Source: Sphagnum compactum
Lineage: Eukaryota
NCBI GenBank assembly: GCA_965153455.1
Contig: OZ234493.1
Coordinates: 7,368,213 to 7,432,212, forward strand
Length of the DNA stretch: 64,000 bases
Reading direction: 5' to 3'
Shown here: piece after piece, positions 26,119 through 36,925 of the stretch
Layout of the letters: every line of letters starts with the position of its first letter
Position numbering within the stretch: position 1 is the first letter of the stretch
Made by a program: the position numbers and the translations under genes
Notes under the pieces: model-generated
Databases searched by the model: none
Told to the model about the DNA's origin: nothing
Seen by the model: the letters and a program-made list of their open reading frames with translations, nothing else

Positions 26119-27425
26119 ATGTCCTCGGATGATGAAAGTAGCATTACTCATCCAGAGCCAAGGTATCAGTTACGAAGTAACACACAACCCTTTGAACCAA
26201 TATCTTTGAGTTCACGATCTTCACGACGGTACCACCAAACATCCAACAAGCTAGCCACGAATGGATAGAGGGAGATGAAGAAGAGATAGTTTACGCTCAA
26301 GCTACTGAAAGCTTGAGGGTGGTTCCTACTGACATTCAACATGGACCAAAGGTTTTACAAAGGTTCAAAGTAGCCCATAAGCCCTTGGTCAAAGCTTTGT
26401 CTAGTTTTGAAAGCATGGAGAGCCATGGCGAATTGATTAAGCCATTACTCCGTCAGCTAATCACCTGGACACCACCTAAGGAAGGGATTACATTACTAGA
26501 GTTCTTTGGTGTATTGGTACAGGTCTCGAAGCCCTACTACAGTCAGGGATGGTGGTTCGAAGGTATTTCTACGTAGACATTGATCCTATTGCAAGGCAAG
26601 TGGCAGCATCGAGAATGATGGAGCTCACAACCAGATTTCCACAACAGTTTACAACCACCGCATGGAAGGCCAGTTTCACTTTCTTGCCCCATGACATACA
26701 ATTAATTCAGAATAAGCATATGGAATTACTTGGCCCCGTGGACCTCATCATTTCAGGTTGGGAGTGTCAAGGATTTTCAGCAGCTGGATTTGGAGAAGGC
26801 TTGAGTGACACAAGATCCGGTCTCTTCACGGACATGGTACGATTGATCACCTGGGCTCAATCCATTTCCCCTACGCTTGGTTATGTAATTGAGAACACCC
26901 CTTCTTAGCTTGACCAGAGGGAGAAAGTCCAGGAGCACTACACACTTGTCAAACATTACCTTGGAGAGCCGCTCCTACTCGATGCGGCACAATGCGGTTC
27001 TTATGCGCACCGGCTGCGCAACTGGTGGACCAACCTTGCACCACTTTCAATTTTGCAGTTGGCTCTGAGATACACCATCAGAGACCACAACCTGCAGGTT
27101 TCTCACATATTGGATGATCAGAGCTCTTGCCAACCAGTTACAAGGCAAGATAAACCTCCTTGGTTTCCTGCGAATACAATAGGAAAACCAAGAGGTGCTT
27201 GGCCCACCTTTGTCTTTCCCTGGAGCACACGCCTTTCAGGGAGATGGACCAGGCTTGGTGTATCGTCGTGCTTCAGCCACTTGGGATGAACCAAGCCTAG
27301 AAGAAAGAGAAAGGGCTATGGGGTTCCAAACTGGCACTACTAGTCACACCAAGGTGACTAGATTGGAGCGTAACGCTCTACTGGGGAGAAGCATGGACCT
27401 GAACTCCCTTACATGGTTGTTGGTA
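26119..27425 (+). pseudogene. Retroelement-encoded C5 cytosine DNA methyltransferase domain (frameshifted, one premature stop)
   Basis: Joined frames give motif I LLEFFG/GIGTG (1-bp frameshift ~26510), II YVDID, IV DLIISGWECQGFS, DTRSGLF, VI YVIENT, a TAG at 26906, VIII SYAHRLRNWWTN, a frameshift ~27212, IX EERERAMGF and X RNALLGRSMD. Probable ATG at 26119. Confidence 0.9.
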
Positions 27426-27749
27426 ACCTGTGTACTCTTTCAAATGTACACAACACCAACACTGACTCAATCAGCTTGCAGCTCTGACGATGCAACCACA
27501 TGGCACCTCGACCAAGTACACTTGCCTATCTTCAACACTCTACATTTCACTCTCAGTGTTGGGGGGGAGGAGGTACCATGTAATTTGACTCAAGTTATGT
27601 CCAATACACCTAGAGGTACATCAGCTTCTGGAGAAACAATTACAACCTTCTACGAATCTACGGAGTTGGATAATGGAGAACCCAATACACCAGGTTCTTC
27701 AAACACACTTTCCAACTCCATTCCATGTGTTTCCAACTACCCTTTTGTT

Positions 27750-29150
27750 ATGGGGAACCAGCTCACCAAGAAGGAGAGAGACCATGTCACAGACTTGCTA
27801 ATTAAGTATGAGAATGTGTTCGCATTCTCAATGAAAGACTTAGGTAGGTGTAAGACCATGCAGTTCTCTATAGACCTTACAGATGAGACACCCGTCCATC
27901 GAAGGGGGCATAGGTTGAGCAAACATGAATGGGAATTGGTAGATGAAAGATGCAAAGAGCTCCATGAGGCCGGTCTCATTCAGCCATCAAGTTCTGATTT
28001 CGCAGTCGCTATAGTAATGCCAGCAAAGAAGAATTTAGCTGGATTATGGACTGAGAAAAGGATGTGCGGGGATTATAGGCCTTTGAACCTGGTTACACCT
28101 CAGGACAGGTACCCCATGCCCATCCCTGAAGAACTGTTTGATAGCATTAGAGACTCAAACATCTTCACAATTGTGGATATGAGGCAAGGCTTCAACCAGA
28201 TTGTGGTCGTTGCAAAGGATCGCAAGAAAACGGCATTCCATGGAAGCAACAAGTTGTGGGAATGGCTTGTGATGCCTTTTGGATTGAAGAATGCACCTGT
28301 CTTCTTTCAGCGAGTCATGGACCAGGTTCTCGAAGGGGCAGATTTCCTAAAATGCTACATAGATGATGTCCTAGTGCATAGCAAGGGATTCTTGCAACAC
28401 TTGGCTCATCTTGAGGAGTTATTCAAGAGGCTCCACGAAGTCAATATGAAGATCCATCCTAAAAAGTGTGAGTTTGCTGTCACCTTAGTAGTCTACCTTG
28501 GACATAGAATTTTGCCAAATGGTATTATGGCTCATTGGGCCAAAGTAGTAGCCATTTTGGAGATGCCCGATCCTACTGATGTTCACACTTTGAGGAGCTT
28601 CATCGGACTATGTAATTACTACAGGATTTATGTCCAAGACTTCAGTACTATTGCTCATCCTCTCTATGCATTGTTAAAGAAGATGTTGCTTGGACATGGA
28701 GTGAAGAGGCTCAGGAAGCTTTCAACACACTCAAGGAAAAGCTTTCAGAGTTCCCCATTCTGAGAAGACCTGATTTCAGCAAGGTTTTCATTCTACACAC
28801 TGACTGGAGTGCTCTTGGTATTGGTGCTGTTCTTGGCCAACTTGATGAGGATGGCAAGGAATATGTTATCGCTTATGCATCCCGAAGCAACAACAAGGCT
28901 GAGAGCAACTACTCTTCATACGAGGGGGAGTGTCTTGCTGTTGTATGGGCCGTCATACATTTCAGGCCCTATCTTTATGGCACTGAGTTCACTTTGTATA
29001 CCGACCACCAGCCTATCAAGTGGTTGATGACCAATGACAAGCTTACTGGTAAGCTAGCTCGTTGGGCGCTTATATTTCAGGAGTATGAGTTCAAGGTTAT
29101 TCACCGACCTAGTATTACACATCAGAACGCGGATACCATGTCGCGGAGAC
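27750..29150 (+). pseudogene. Gypsy-type reverse transcriptase and RNase H (frameshift ~28682)
   Basis: RMCGDYRPLN, DRYPMP, DMRQGFNQI, KTAF, VMPFGLKNAP, YIDD (28356), KKCEF, YLGH, LRSFIGLCNYYR; RNase H LHTDWSALGIGAVL, YEGECLAVVWA, YTDHQP, KLARWAL, NADTMSR. In frame with DNMT motifs IX-X within ORF 27195-28763. Confidence 0.96.
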
Positions 29151-29439
29151 CCCTCACTACCTTTGAAGATTTCTCAGAAGCCAGACAAGACTTCGACCAA
29201 ATTCCGGCTGTACATGTATCTTATGCATCTAGTTATCTTGCACTACTGCAATGTAACCTGGTTGAACATCCCATTTTGGATATATGGGAGGACTTGGACA
29301 CTTTGAGGTTTCTTCAGCATGGGGAATACCCTCCCCAAGTTACATCAAGTCAGCGGGATCGCATACAACAACGATCCAAACGCTACTCATGGAAGGACAA
29401 TCACCTCGTCCGATGCTTACCACAAGGCGACAGAGTGGT

Positions 29440-30500
29440 TCCACCACCGCATGAACAGCTTGGTCTTATTCAGAAGGTACACTCGGAGCTTGGACACTTT
29501 GGAGTTAAGCGTACTTATAGCCTTCTCGTTCCTCATTACCATTGGAGAGGTATGTATGCTCAAGTCCGGGACGTCATCGCTAGGTGTGAACAATGTGATA
29601 GAGTGAGAGCTTCCTTCTCCTCTCGACAGCTCACCCTTTCTCCACTACCTATTCAGGGCATGTTCTATCGTTGGTCATGTGATTTAGCTGGAGAATTACC
29701 ACAGACCTCCAGGGGTAATGTCTACATCATGATTATGATTGAGCATTTTTCAAAGTGGGTCGAACTTGTTGCGCTACCAGACAAGTCATCACACAGCACT
29801 AGCTAGGCTTTCTTACAACAGGTTCTAAGTAGGTTTGGGGCTTGTGCTGAGTGCCTTACTGATCAAGGATCAGAATTCAGGGGAGAATTCCAAGACCTAC
29901 TTGACCATGCTCTCATTGACCATCGTCGGACTTCAAGAGATCATCCCCAAGCTGATGGCCTTGCAGAAAGGATGGTTCAAACATGCAAGAAGGGACTTCG
30001 GAAGATTTGCCTCACTAAGAACAAAGAGGATTGGGACCTGGCCCTCCCTTACATCGCCATGGGTTACAGGATGTCCAAACACGCCTCTTTGTTTCATTTC
30101 TCCCCTTACTTTTTACTTTTTGGGAGACACCCCATTCCACTTTCTTCCATTACTGCTCAAATGCACCAGGTTGTGGACTTGGATTCCCCAGTCACTTGGG
30201 CTAGGGTCATTGCAGAAAGGGCTGCTTTATTCAGGAGGGTTATGCCCATGGCCATGGAAAACCTATCCATTGCACAACATCGAGACACCTTATGGTATGC
30301 ACACACACGAGGTGGCAGTTAAAAACCTAAGGTGAGACAATTTGATGTTGGTGATTTTGTGTATCTTCAGCGACAACCCAATGATACTTTAGACACTTCT
30401 TCCGGTCGCACTATCTTGAGGATTAAGGCGATCAGGCCTTCAGGTGTGTTGGAGCTACAAGGAGCTGACGGACGCACAATTCGGGATCATTCCAAAAATT
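29440..30500 (+). pseudogene. Integrase (HHCC zinc finger, DDE core, C-terminal region), with in-frame stops at 29804 and 30320
   Basis: VHSELGHFG...RCEQCDR; WSCDLAG, IEHFSKWVE, LTDQGSEF, HPQADGLAERMVQTCK; SPYFLLFGRHP; FDVGDFVYL. RT-RH-INT order is that of Ty3/gypsy. Confidence 0.95.
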
Positions 30501-30574
30501 ATGCGCCTTGCCACCTGCCAAACTTGGACCCTACCATCATCACGTCGACTTGGATTCCTCCACTTGATTATCCA

Positions 30575-30727
30575 TGTCAGGTATGTCAGAGGACGGACGA
30601 TGCTGATCAGATGCTGCTTTGCGACAACTGTAATGGTGGATACCATCTCTTCTGCCTCAAGCCGGAGCTCACTCAAGTTCCCGTTGGCAATTGGTACTGT
30701 TCATCATGTTCTCCTACAACACCTTGA
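30575..30727 (+). CDS. C-terminal PHD finger (C4HC3) of the retroelement polyprotein
   Basis: CQVC-x8-LLCDNC-x4-HLFC-x-PELTQVPVGNWYCSSC then TGA at 30725-27; same frame as the integrase C-terminus. Confidence 0.92.
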   Translation, partial: CQVCQRTDDADQMLLCDNCNGGYHLFCLKPELTQVPVGNWYCSSCSPTTP

Positions 30728-30768
30728 TTCCTACTCAGACCATGCCATGCTTTTCCCGGCTCAGGTCT

Positions 30769-31131
30769 GGGGGGGGGATATATGAGAATTTCATCTTAGC
30801 CTCACTTATGCATTGTATATATATGTGTGCATGCATCTCTTTTTAGTTGATTGGTTTATACATTTGACTGGCTTTAATTTTTTTGTTTAGTAAGATTTAC
30901 TCTGTATTTACATCCTTACGACACTGTACGTCACGACACTACACGTCACGACAGCATACATGAGAATTTCATCTCAGCCTCACTTGTGCATTGTATATAT
31001 ATGTGTGCATGCATCTCTTTTTAGTTGATTGGTTTATACATTTGACTGGCTTTAATCTTTTTGTTTAGTAAGATTTACTCCGTATTTACATCCTTACAAC
31101 ACTGTACGTCACGACACTACACGTCACGACA
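30769..31131 (+). repeat. Polypurine G9 tract followed by two near-identical 176-bp tandem copies (period 178) forming the element's 3' end
   Basis: G-run at 30769-30777; copies 30778-30953 and 30956-31131 (ata(t/c)atgagaatttcatct...cactgtacgtcacgacactacacgtcacgaca). Confidence 0.93.
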
Positions 31132-31679
31132 GGAATCCTAAAAATTCATGTTGAAGTTAAGATCGTTTAAGTTGAAATCATGTTTACATATTGTTGTTTT
31201 GTAAGATTTTGTGTTGATTGAGATGAGTAAACTAACATGTGCTTTTTTTTGAACCTTGTGATTGATTGGGATGAAGAATTTTAATCTTTTGAGCTTGAAG
31301 GTGGTTGTAGAAATTTTTGGAACTTTGTGATATATTTTGAAGCTTTGTTAAGTTTAATGAAAAACATTTCAAGGAACTAATCTTTATGTGTTGACAAAAG
31401 TCGTTAAATTATGTGCAAACAAACATTTAATCTAAAGTTATTTCACAAAACTATGTGTTTGTTTTGATTTAGCACATTATACCAATCTAGGATTATAGTG
31501 TCACTAGGATTTTTATTAAAGGAGGCAATAACAACTATAAGTTACAACCCTAAAATTTTAATCTATAGTTATCGATTTAGGGTTTGGAGTAGCCTTTGGA
31601 GTTAAAGTATTTGCAACACAAAAGGGTCAAAGATGTGATCATCTTGTGAAAGCTACCATTTAAAGGTCTAATCATGGTT

Positions 31680-31875
31680 AAAGGAATGGTAAAAAAACGA
31701 GCAATCATGGGTGAAGGAATGGCCAAAAATGAGCAATCCTATGTTAAGGAATAGCCAAAAATGAGCAATCCTATGTTAAGGAATGGCCAAAAATGAGCAA
31801 TCCTATGTTAAGGAATGGCCAAAAATGAGCAATCCTATGTTAAGGAATGGCCAAAAATGAGCAATCCGATGTTAA
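31680..31875. repeat. Tandem repeat, 32 bp x ~6
   Basis: Unit aaggaatggccaaaaatgagcaatcctatgtt. Confidence 0.92.
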
Positions 31876-32469
31876 TGAGTATGGAGTCGATCTAGTGATG
31901 TGACTCCTTTATGGCCATGGATGTACAAATTCAGGCTACACATTTTCAAATATTTCCCCTTTTTTCCCCCTTTGTGCTTAGAACAAACCATTTCTTAAAA
32001 AAAAAAGAAAAAGAAATCTGGCGATATTTATTTAGCCAGGAAAAAAGAAAAAGAAAAAAAGACTGATTGAAAGCTGATGTAGAAAAAATGGTGGTCATCA
32101 GTTGGAAGATTTAGCCAAATATAGCTATAAAACTGAAATAAAACTAAAATTTAATTTCATCCTTCTATATGTTTGGCTACACAATGAAAACCAAATATAT
32201 AAATATGATGATGACGACGGATAGATGATGATGATGATGATGATGATGATAATCATACTAATAATAATAATAATAATAATTTTCCCTCATTTCTGGCGAC
32301 AAAAAACCTCCCAAATCATTGTTTAAAAAAAAAACTCTTTTTGGCGAAACTTCGCCAGTAAAAGAAAAACCCGCTGGGATTCCCCCTGGCAACAACAAAA
32401 CACTCTTTGCGCACTCTCTGTTAGTGTGGTCTTGAACACATCGACGAATCGACGAGAACACACACAAGC

Positions 32470-35293
32470 ATGCTTCTGCAGCGTCTATGGCGGCTATGGC
32501 CGCAACAACAACCTCACTGCCTTCTTCGCGCCATCGCTAACAACGTCTCTTCTGCCTGCCAATCTGTGCTGCCTCACGAAGATACTGTACTCGGTGAGTT
32601 TTTCACAGTCATTAGTCTCAGCCTCTTTTAATTAATTAATTTTTTTAAAAAGAAAAAGCAATGTAGTCATGTGTTCTGGAGCAAACAACAAAAAAAGAAA
32701 GGTGAGTGAGTTTCTGTTTCCCTGTTAAGTTTTGATGTCCACTGTGTGACCAAAATTGCTTCTTGTTTTGCTTACTACTGTCTAAGAAGTTGTTCATCTT
32801 TAAAAGATGAAGGCAGTAGGTATAGAAGGTAGTAGAGAAGGGGAGTCGAAAAGTGTCTGAGGAATGTTGCACATTTCTTCCTTTCTTACATGTTGCTTGC
32901 TTCCTGCTTCTGCTCAATTCTGTTTCTAAGGACCTGGAAAGTTGTGTTGTGGCAACATGTAATGTTTCAGGCTTTTCAAAAAATAATTTAAAAAAAAATA
33001 ATTTAAAAAATATTATCATTATTATTTTCAAAAATAATTTTGAGTGCTTTAGATCAGTACCTATGTGTCAAATCTGGCAAAGTGAAGTAAGTTGAAGTAG
33101 TAGACTTCAGTAGACTTTTTTTAGAGTCAGAAATTTCTTGTTTCATGGCATCAAAACCCTCAAACGCATGATGGATGTGCATACATTTTGGATATGATGA
33201 CACTGGGTTGCTTGATTGCTATGCCCCATAAAGACCAAACCATCGGTGCTTGTCTGAGTCTGGCCATATCTTGTCATCAGCGTATTACAGTTGGCTAATG
33301 ATCTTTGATGCTCAACTACAAATGTGCAGATTCCAGAGCGTGTCGGGGGATTAGTAATGTTACTGCGAGTGCATTGAGACCATGGAGCTCCCATGCACCA
33401 TTGATTCACAGTTTGCAACGTATGTGGGCTCTGCAACCTGGATAATCAGAGCTCTAACATGTCACCTTCTCTTGATAGTCCATTCAATGTTTGACTGACA
33501 CTGCTTGTTTTCAAATTTGAGAATATTTTTCCATGAACTTGTTATATTTGTGCTCTCAGTGAATCTGTGAGATTGGAAGGGCTGAGGACTATAGTGACTC
33601 TTGACAGTATAGTGGGTGGTTCCTTCTCTGGACAGAACAGCAATTCAGCAGTTGGTGGTGACGGCTTCAGGGCCCGATAGACCAGGCATTGTAGCCAGGC
33701 TGTCAAAGCGAGTTCTTGAATGTGGAGGTAATGTGGCAGAGAGCCGGATGACAAGATTGGCTGGTGACTTTACCATTCTGATGCTAATCACATTTGATAT
33801 AGCGTAAGTCAGACCTCAATGTTTGTATCCTGTTTATTCACCTGTGTTGCCTGCTCATGCTCTTAGGTTCATGTATCTATGAATGTCACTCAGCTAATTC
33901 AGGGTTTAGGGTTTAGTCTTGCAATCCTCAAATGGGTTGTGTTTGAGTTGATGGCTATGGTGTGACAAAGGTGTCTGTTTCTTGAGTCACGAGCAGGGTT
34001 TTGTGCATAATGATGCACATTTGTGGTCTGGGTTTCCTGCTGTCATGGATTGCTCAAAGTTATGTACAGGTGTGTACAGAACAGCGCGGAAGGCAGAACA
34101 ACTGCGCAACTCTCTCTTAGAGATTGACGGTCTTCAGGTTGGTATTTGAAGTTCAATTGCTTGCCATACAAACTGTATTGTCAACCAGTGCTTGTGCATA
34201 TACAATATGCCTGGGTCACTGAACAGTTTGCAATATTGTTTGGAGAAGCTAGGGGTTTCAGTAGTGTTAAAAAGGAGGAAGAGCAATGTTCCACTTTGCA
34301 GCAATCTTATCGAAGTTATGGGTTTTTTCCAGGTTGGCACAAGATGGACATCTGATGAGCGCCTGAAAGAGACACAGCCACTTCGTAAGTTTCGAAAGAT
34401 TTTGCTGCGGGGTGCAGACAACCCAGGCATGTTGTGTCTGAACCCTTGAAGTTGCAGTCATTACCCTGTAAATGATGATATCTTTGCATTGCAGTGATGG
34501 AAGCAGAGCACTGATTTACATCAGATCATCACTGAGGCAATCTGCTCAATTCTGCTGTAATACCTTGGTTATAGGGTGTAAATTGCCTGCATACAGCTGC
34601 ATGCACCATTATCCTGCTTATCAATGTAGACAGCTATATTTGGGCTTGCTACTTGTTGTACCTTTCAATTCTGTTTCAAACCAGAGGGTGCAATTACGCC
34701 AAATGGGTACATCATCATTCATTTTGGTGCTCTGTGCTATCCTTGTGCAAGCCCTTGATTGAAAATGGTGAAGAGGAAGGTATGTGGATCCATCTCCTGC
34801 TAAGGTGCTTGTTATTTATCTGCAGCATGTGGGGAGGTGCAGGTCTTGTATACAATGTGACTGAGTATCTCTTTTCTCATGGTATCAACATTGAAAATCT
34901 GGAAACCCACACTGAACAGGTGCCAACAAGCCTTGACTCCTTGGGAGTAGTTGAATTCATCAAATTATTGAATATTCAAGATCTAATGCTGACAAATCTT
35001 CCTCCCTTGTTTTGCATATAAACTAAACTGCATGCTGACACTTTATATGCCAGCATATGTATGTAGTTTAGTTTCTGTGGGTGGGTATGACTAAACAGGC
35101 ACCATCTGGAGGAGCAACACTGTTCATGATGGCAGGAGTGATAGCAATGCCAGTGAGATTGTCAACACGCAAGCTTATTCACAACTTGGATACATTGCAA
35201 ACCACTCTGGGTGTGGATATTGCTATCTCCAACCTTCCTGTTTCTACCAGCTATAAGTTTCGGCTTCCTTCTCCACCTCTGGCTATTGTATAA
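32470..35293 (+). CDS. Double ACT-domain protein of GcvR (glycine-cleavage regulator) type with an N-terminal transit-like extension, multi-exon
   Basis: Exons read QQLVVTASGPDRPGIVARLSKRVLECGGNVAESRMTRLAGDFTILMLI | TARKAEQLRNSLLEIDGLQ | ...KILLRGADNPG | LVYNVTEYLFSHGINIENLETHTEQ | APSGGATLFMMAGVIAMP...TLGVDI...TAA 35293. The 5' exons (ATG 32470, MLLQRLWRLW...) are less certain. Confidence 0.8.
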
Positions 35294-36925
35294 TAAATGT
35301 ACCTGCAAGTATAGTGATGACATGTGGGGGTCAAGAAAATAGTGTTTTAGAATCAGAAGTCAAAGACGCTGGTTTCCTAAAACTCTTCAGGACAAGGTGA
35401 AATAGGGAATGGATCTCAACTTGCCTTGAACTGTCTTGGTAGATGGTGTCGAGGGAGAATGGTGTTATATTACAGTACTTGTCTAGAAATGTTGAGATTG
35501 GTAGAAGGTCAAGTTTGACTCGACTGGAAAATGCAGATCTACATCATAGATGGATGATGTATTGCTAATGTAGTTGTTCAGGTTTCAATTCCATGTTAGA
35601 AATTTCAGAAGTTGATTATACAGGGACAAGCTAAAATGAAATGAAGCTTACCATTGCAAGCTTGTTGCTGCTTGCATGAGTGTACTTTTTTGTTGACTAT
35701 GTTTCTTGAGTGCTAACCAGCATCACGACTGAGTCTTCCTGTCACCTCTGGAAATACAACAGAAACTGAAGAAGGGGAGTCAAGTGATGAAATGTTGGAC
35801 ATGCGGTTGCAGTGGTCCACAAGGACAAAGTGGTCACAGATTGTATACAATTGTTGGTTCATGAGGAAGGGGTGTAAGTGGGTATTGCAAACTGGTCACA
35901 GATTGTACAGGATTGTTGGTCCAGGAGGAAGGGATGTAACCGTGTATTGCCTAGTGACGGTGGATGGTCATGCCTGATATTTGTTTATGTACAGTGATCA
36001 AATTATCTGTTATTGGTTAATTTTTTAATGTTTTTCCTTGAAAAAACTTACTGCCATGCTCAAGATTGAAAACCCTTCGACATATGCATGAGGGATGAAT
36101 TGAAATTTCCCAAGGTGTCCTCTGGTCTCTTATGTGGCATGGAAGAGGATCGCTTCTGTTTATATGAGTCTCCACAAATTCAAGCAGCCATTTACATAGT
36201 TACCATCTTACAAATTTTGAAGGAATGATTATTGGAATTGACGAGGATTAGTATATTGTTCAGTTTACAGTTTTGCTTCACATGCAAGTGAGGGAATGCT
36301 TTAAGTTGAAAGTTTACCTTAAATTTTCTCAATTTCTTTTTGAAATAATATTGATGTTAAAGTGTTCTAGAAGGTTAGAGTTCACTTCTAAAAGGACCTA
36401 GTACCAACACGGTAATGAAGACGCTCTAAATCATGCCAAATCATGCAGATTTGGCCAGCATCAAAGTCTCTTACAGGAGGAGTAGGAGGAGGAAGAGGGC
36501 ATTTGTGATTGCAGCTCCCCAATGCTCAAGCTCCAGTGCTTGAGGATCGTAGGCAACCTGTCCAACAGGCTTCTACACCATCAAAACAACAAAGCTGTGA
36601 AGATGAATGTACTTCTCTACTTGTCAACAGTTTTTTCAAAAAGCTTCCAAACCTGAATAACAATTGATGCGTAAAGTCCATCTGCACCTTGCAGCAACAG
36701 CTTATTCAGTGTTTTTTATTCCAAGGGAACTATTTCCCTTTGTTGAATAAAGTGGGTTCTGCTATGGAGGTCTGCTCCCTAAAGTTGTTCCTTGGAAGTT
36801 GGACCCACTCCAGGCCCCAAAACTACAAAACCCTTTCTGCAGTCAAATCTCTAGACATAGGTGAAGAAGATTTCAGCTTCTAAATCTAAAGCTCATATTG
36901 TACAAACTCAAGTGTCTTACAGGAA

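Larger units (their letters stand above)
24696..31131 (+). mobile_element. Degenerate Ty3/gypsy-type retroelement carrying a C5-DNA methyltransferase and a PHD finger; atypical termini with no paired LTRs
   Basis: Begins TGTCATG (24696) and ends CACGACA (31131), with GGAA on both sides (24692-95, 31132-35). The interior encodes DNMT-RT-RH-INT-PHD. Both flanks belong to the same older degenerate repeat (ctttgttaag..taatgaaaa..catttcaaggaacta at ~24405 and ~31345). Confidence 0.88.

Noticed and set aside
27561-27573. Internal purine run gggggggaggagg as a central PPT or element boundary
   Set aside because: It lies within the continuous DNMT-RT frame (VGGEE) and has no other support.
30778-31131. 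The two 176-bp copies as the paired LTRs of a tiny TRIM
   Set aside because: They are separated by only 2-7 bp with no internal PBS or PPT; the G-tract precedes the first copy and the TSD pairs with position 24696.
31680-31875. 32-bp repeats resembling a CRISPR array
   Set aside because: The units are contiguous with no unique spacers, there are no cas genes, and the context is eukaryotic.
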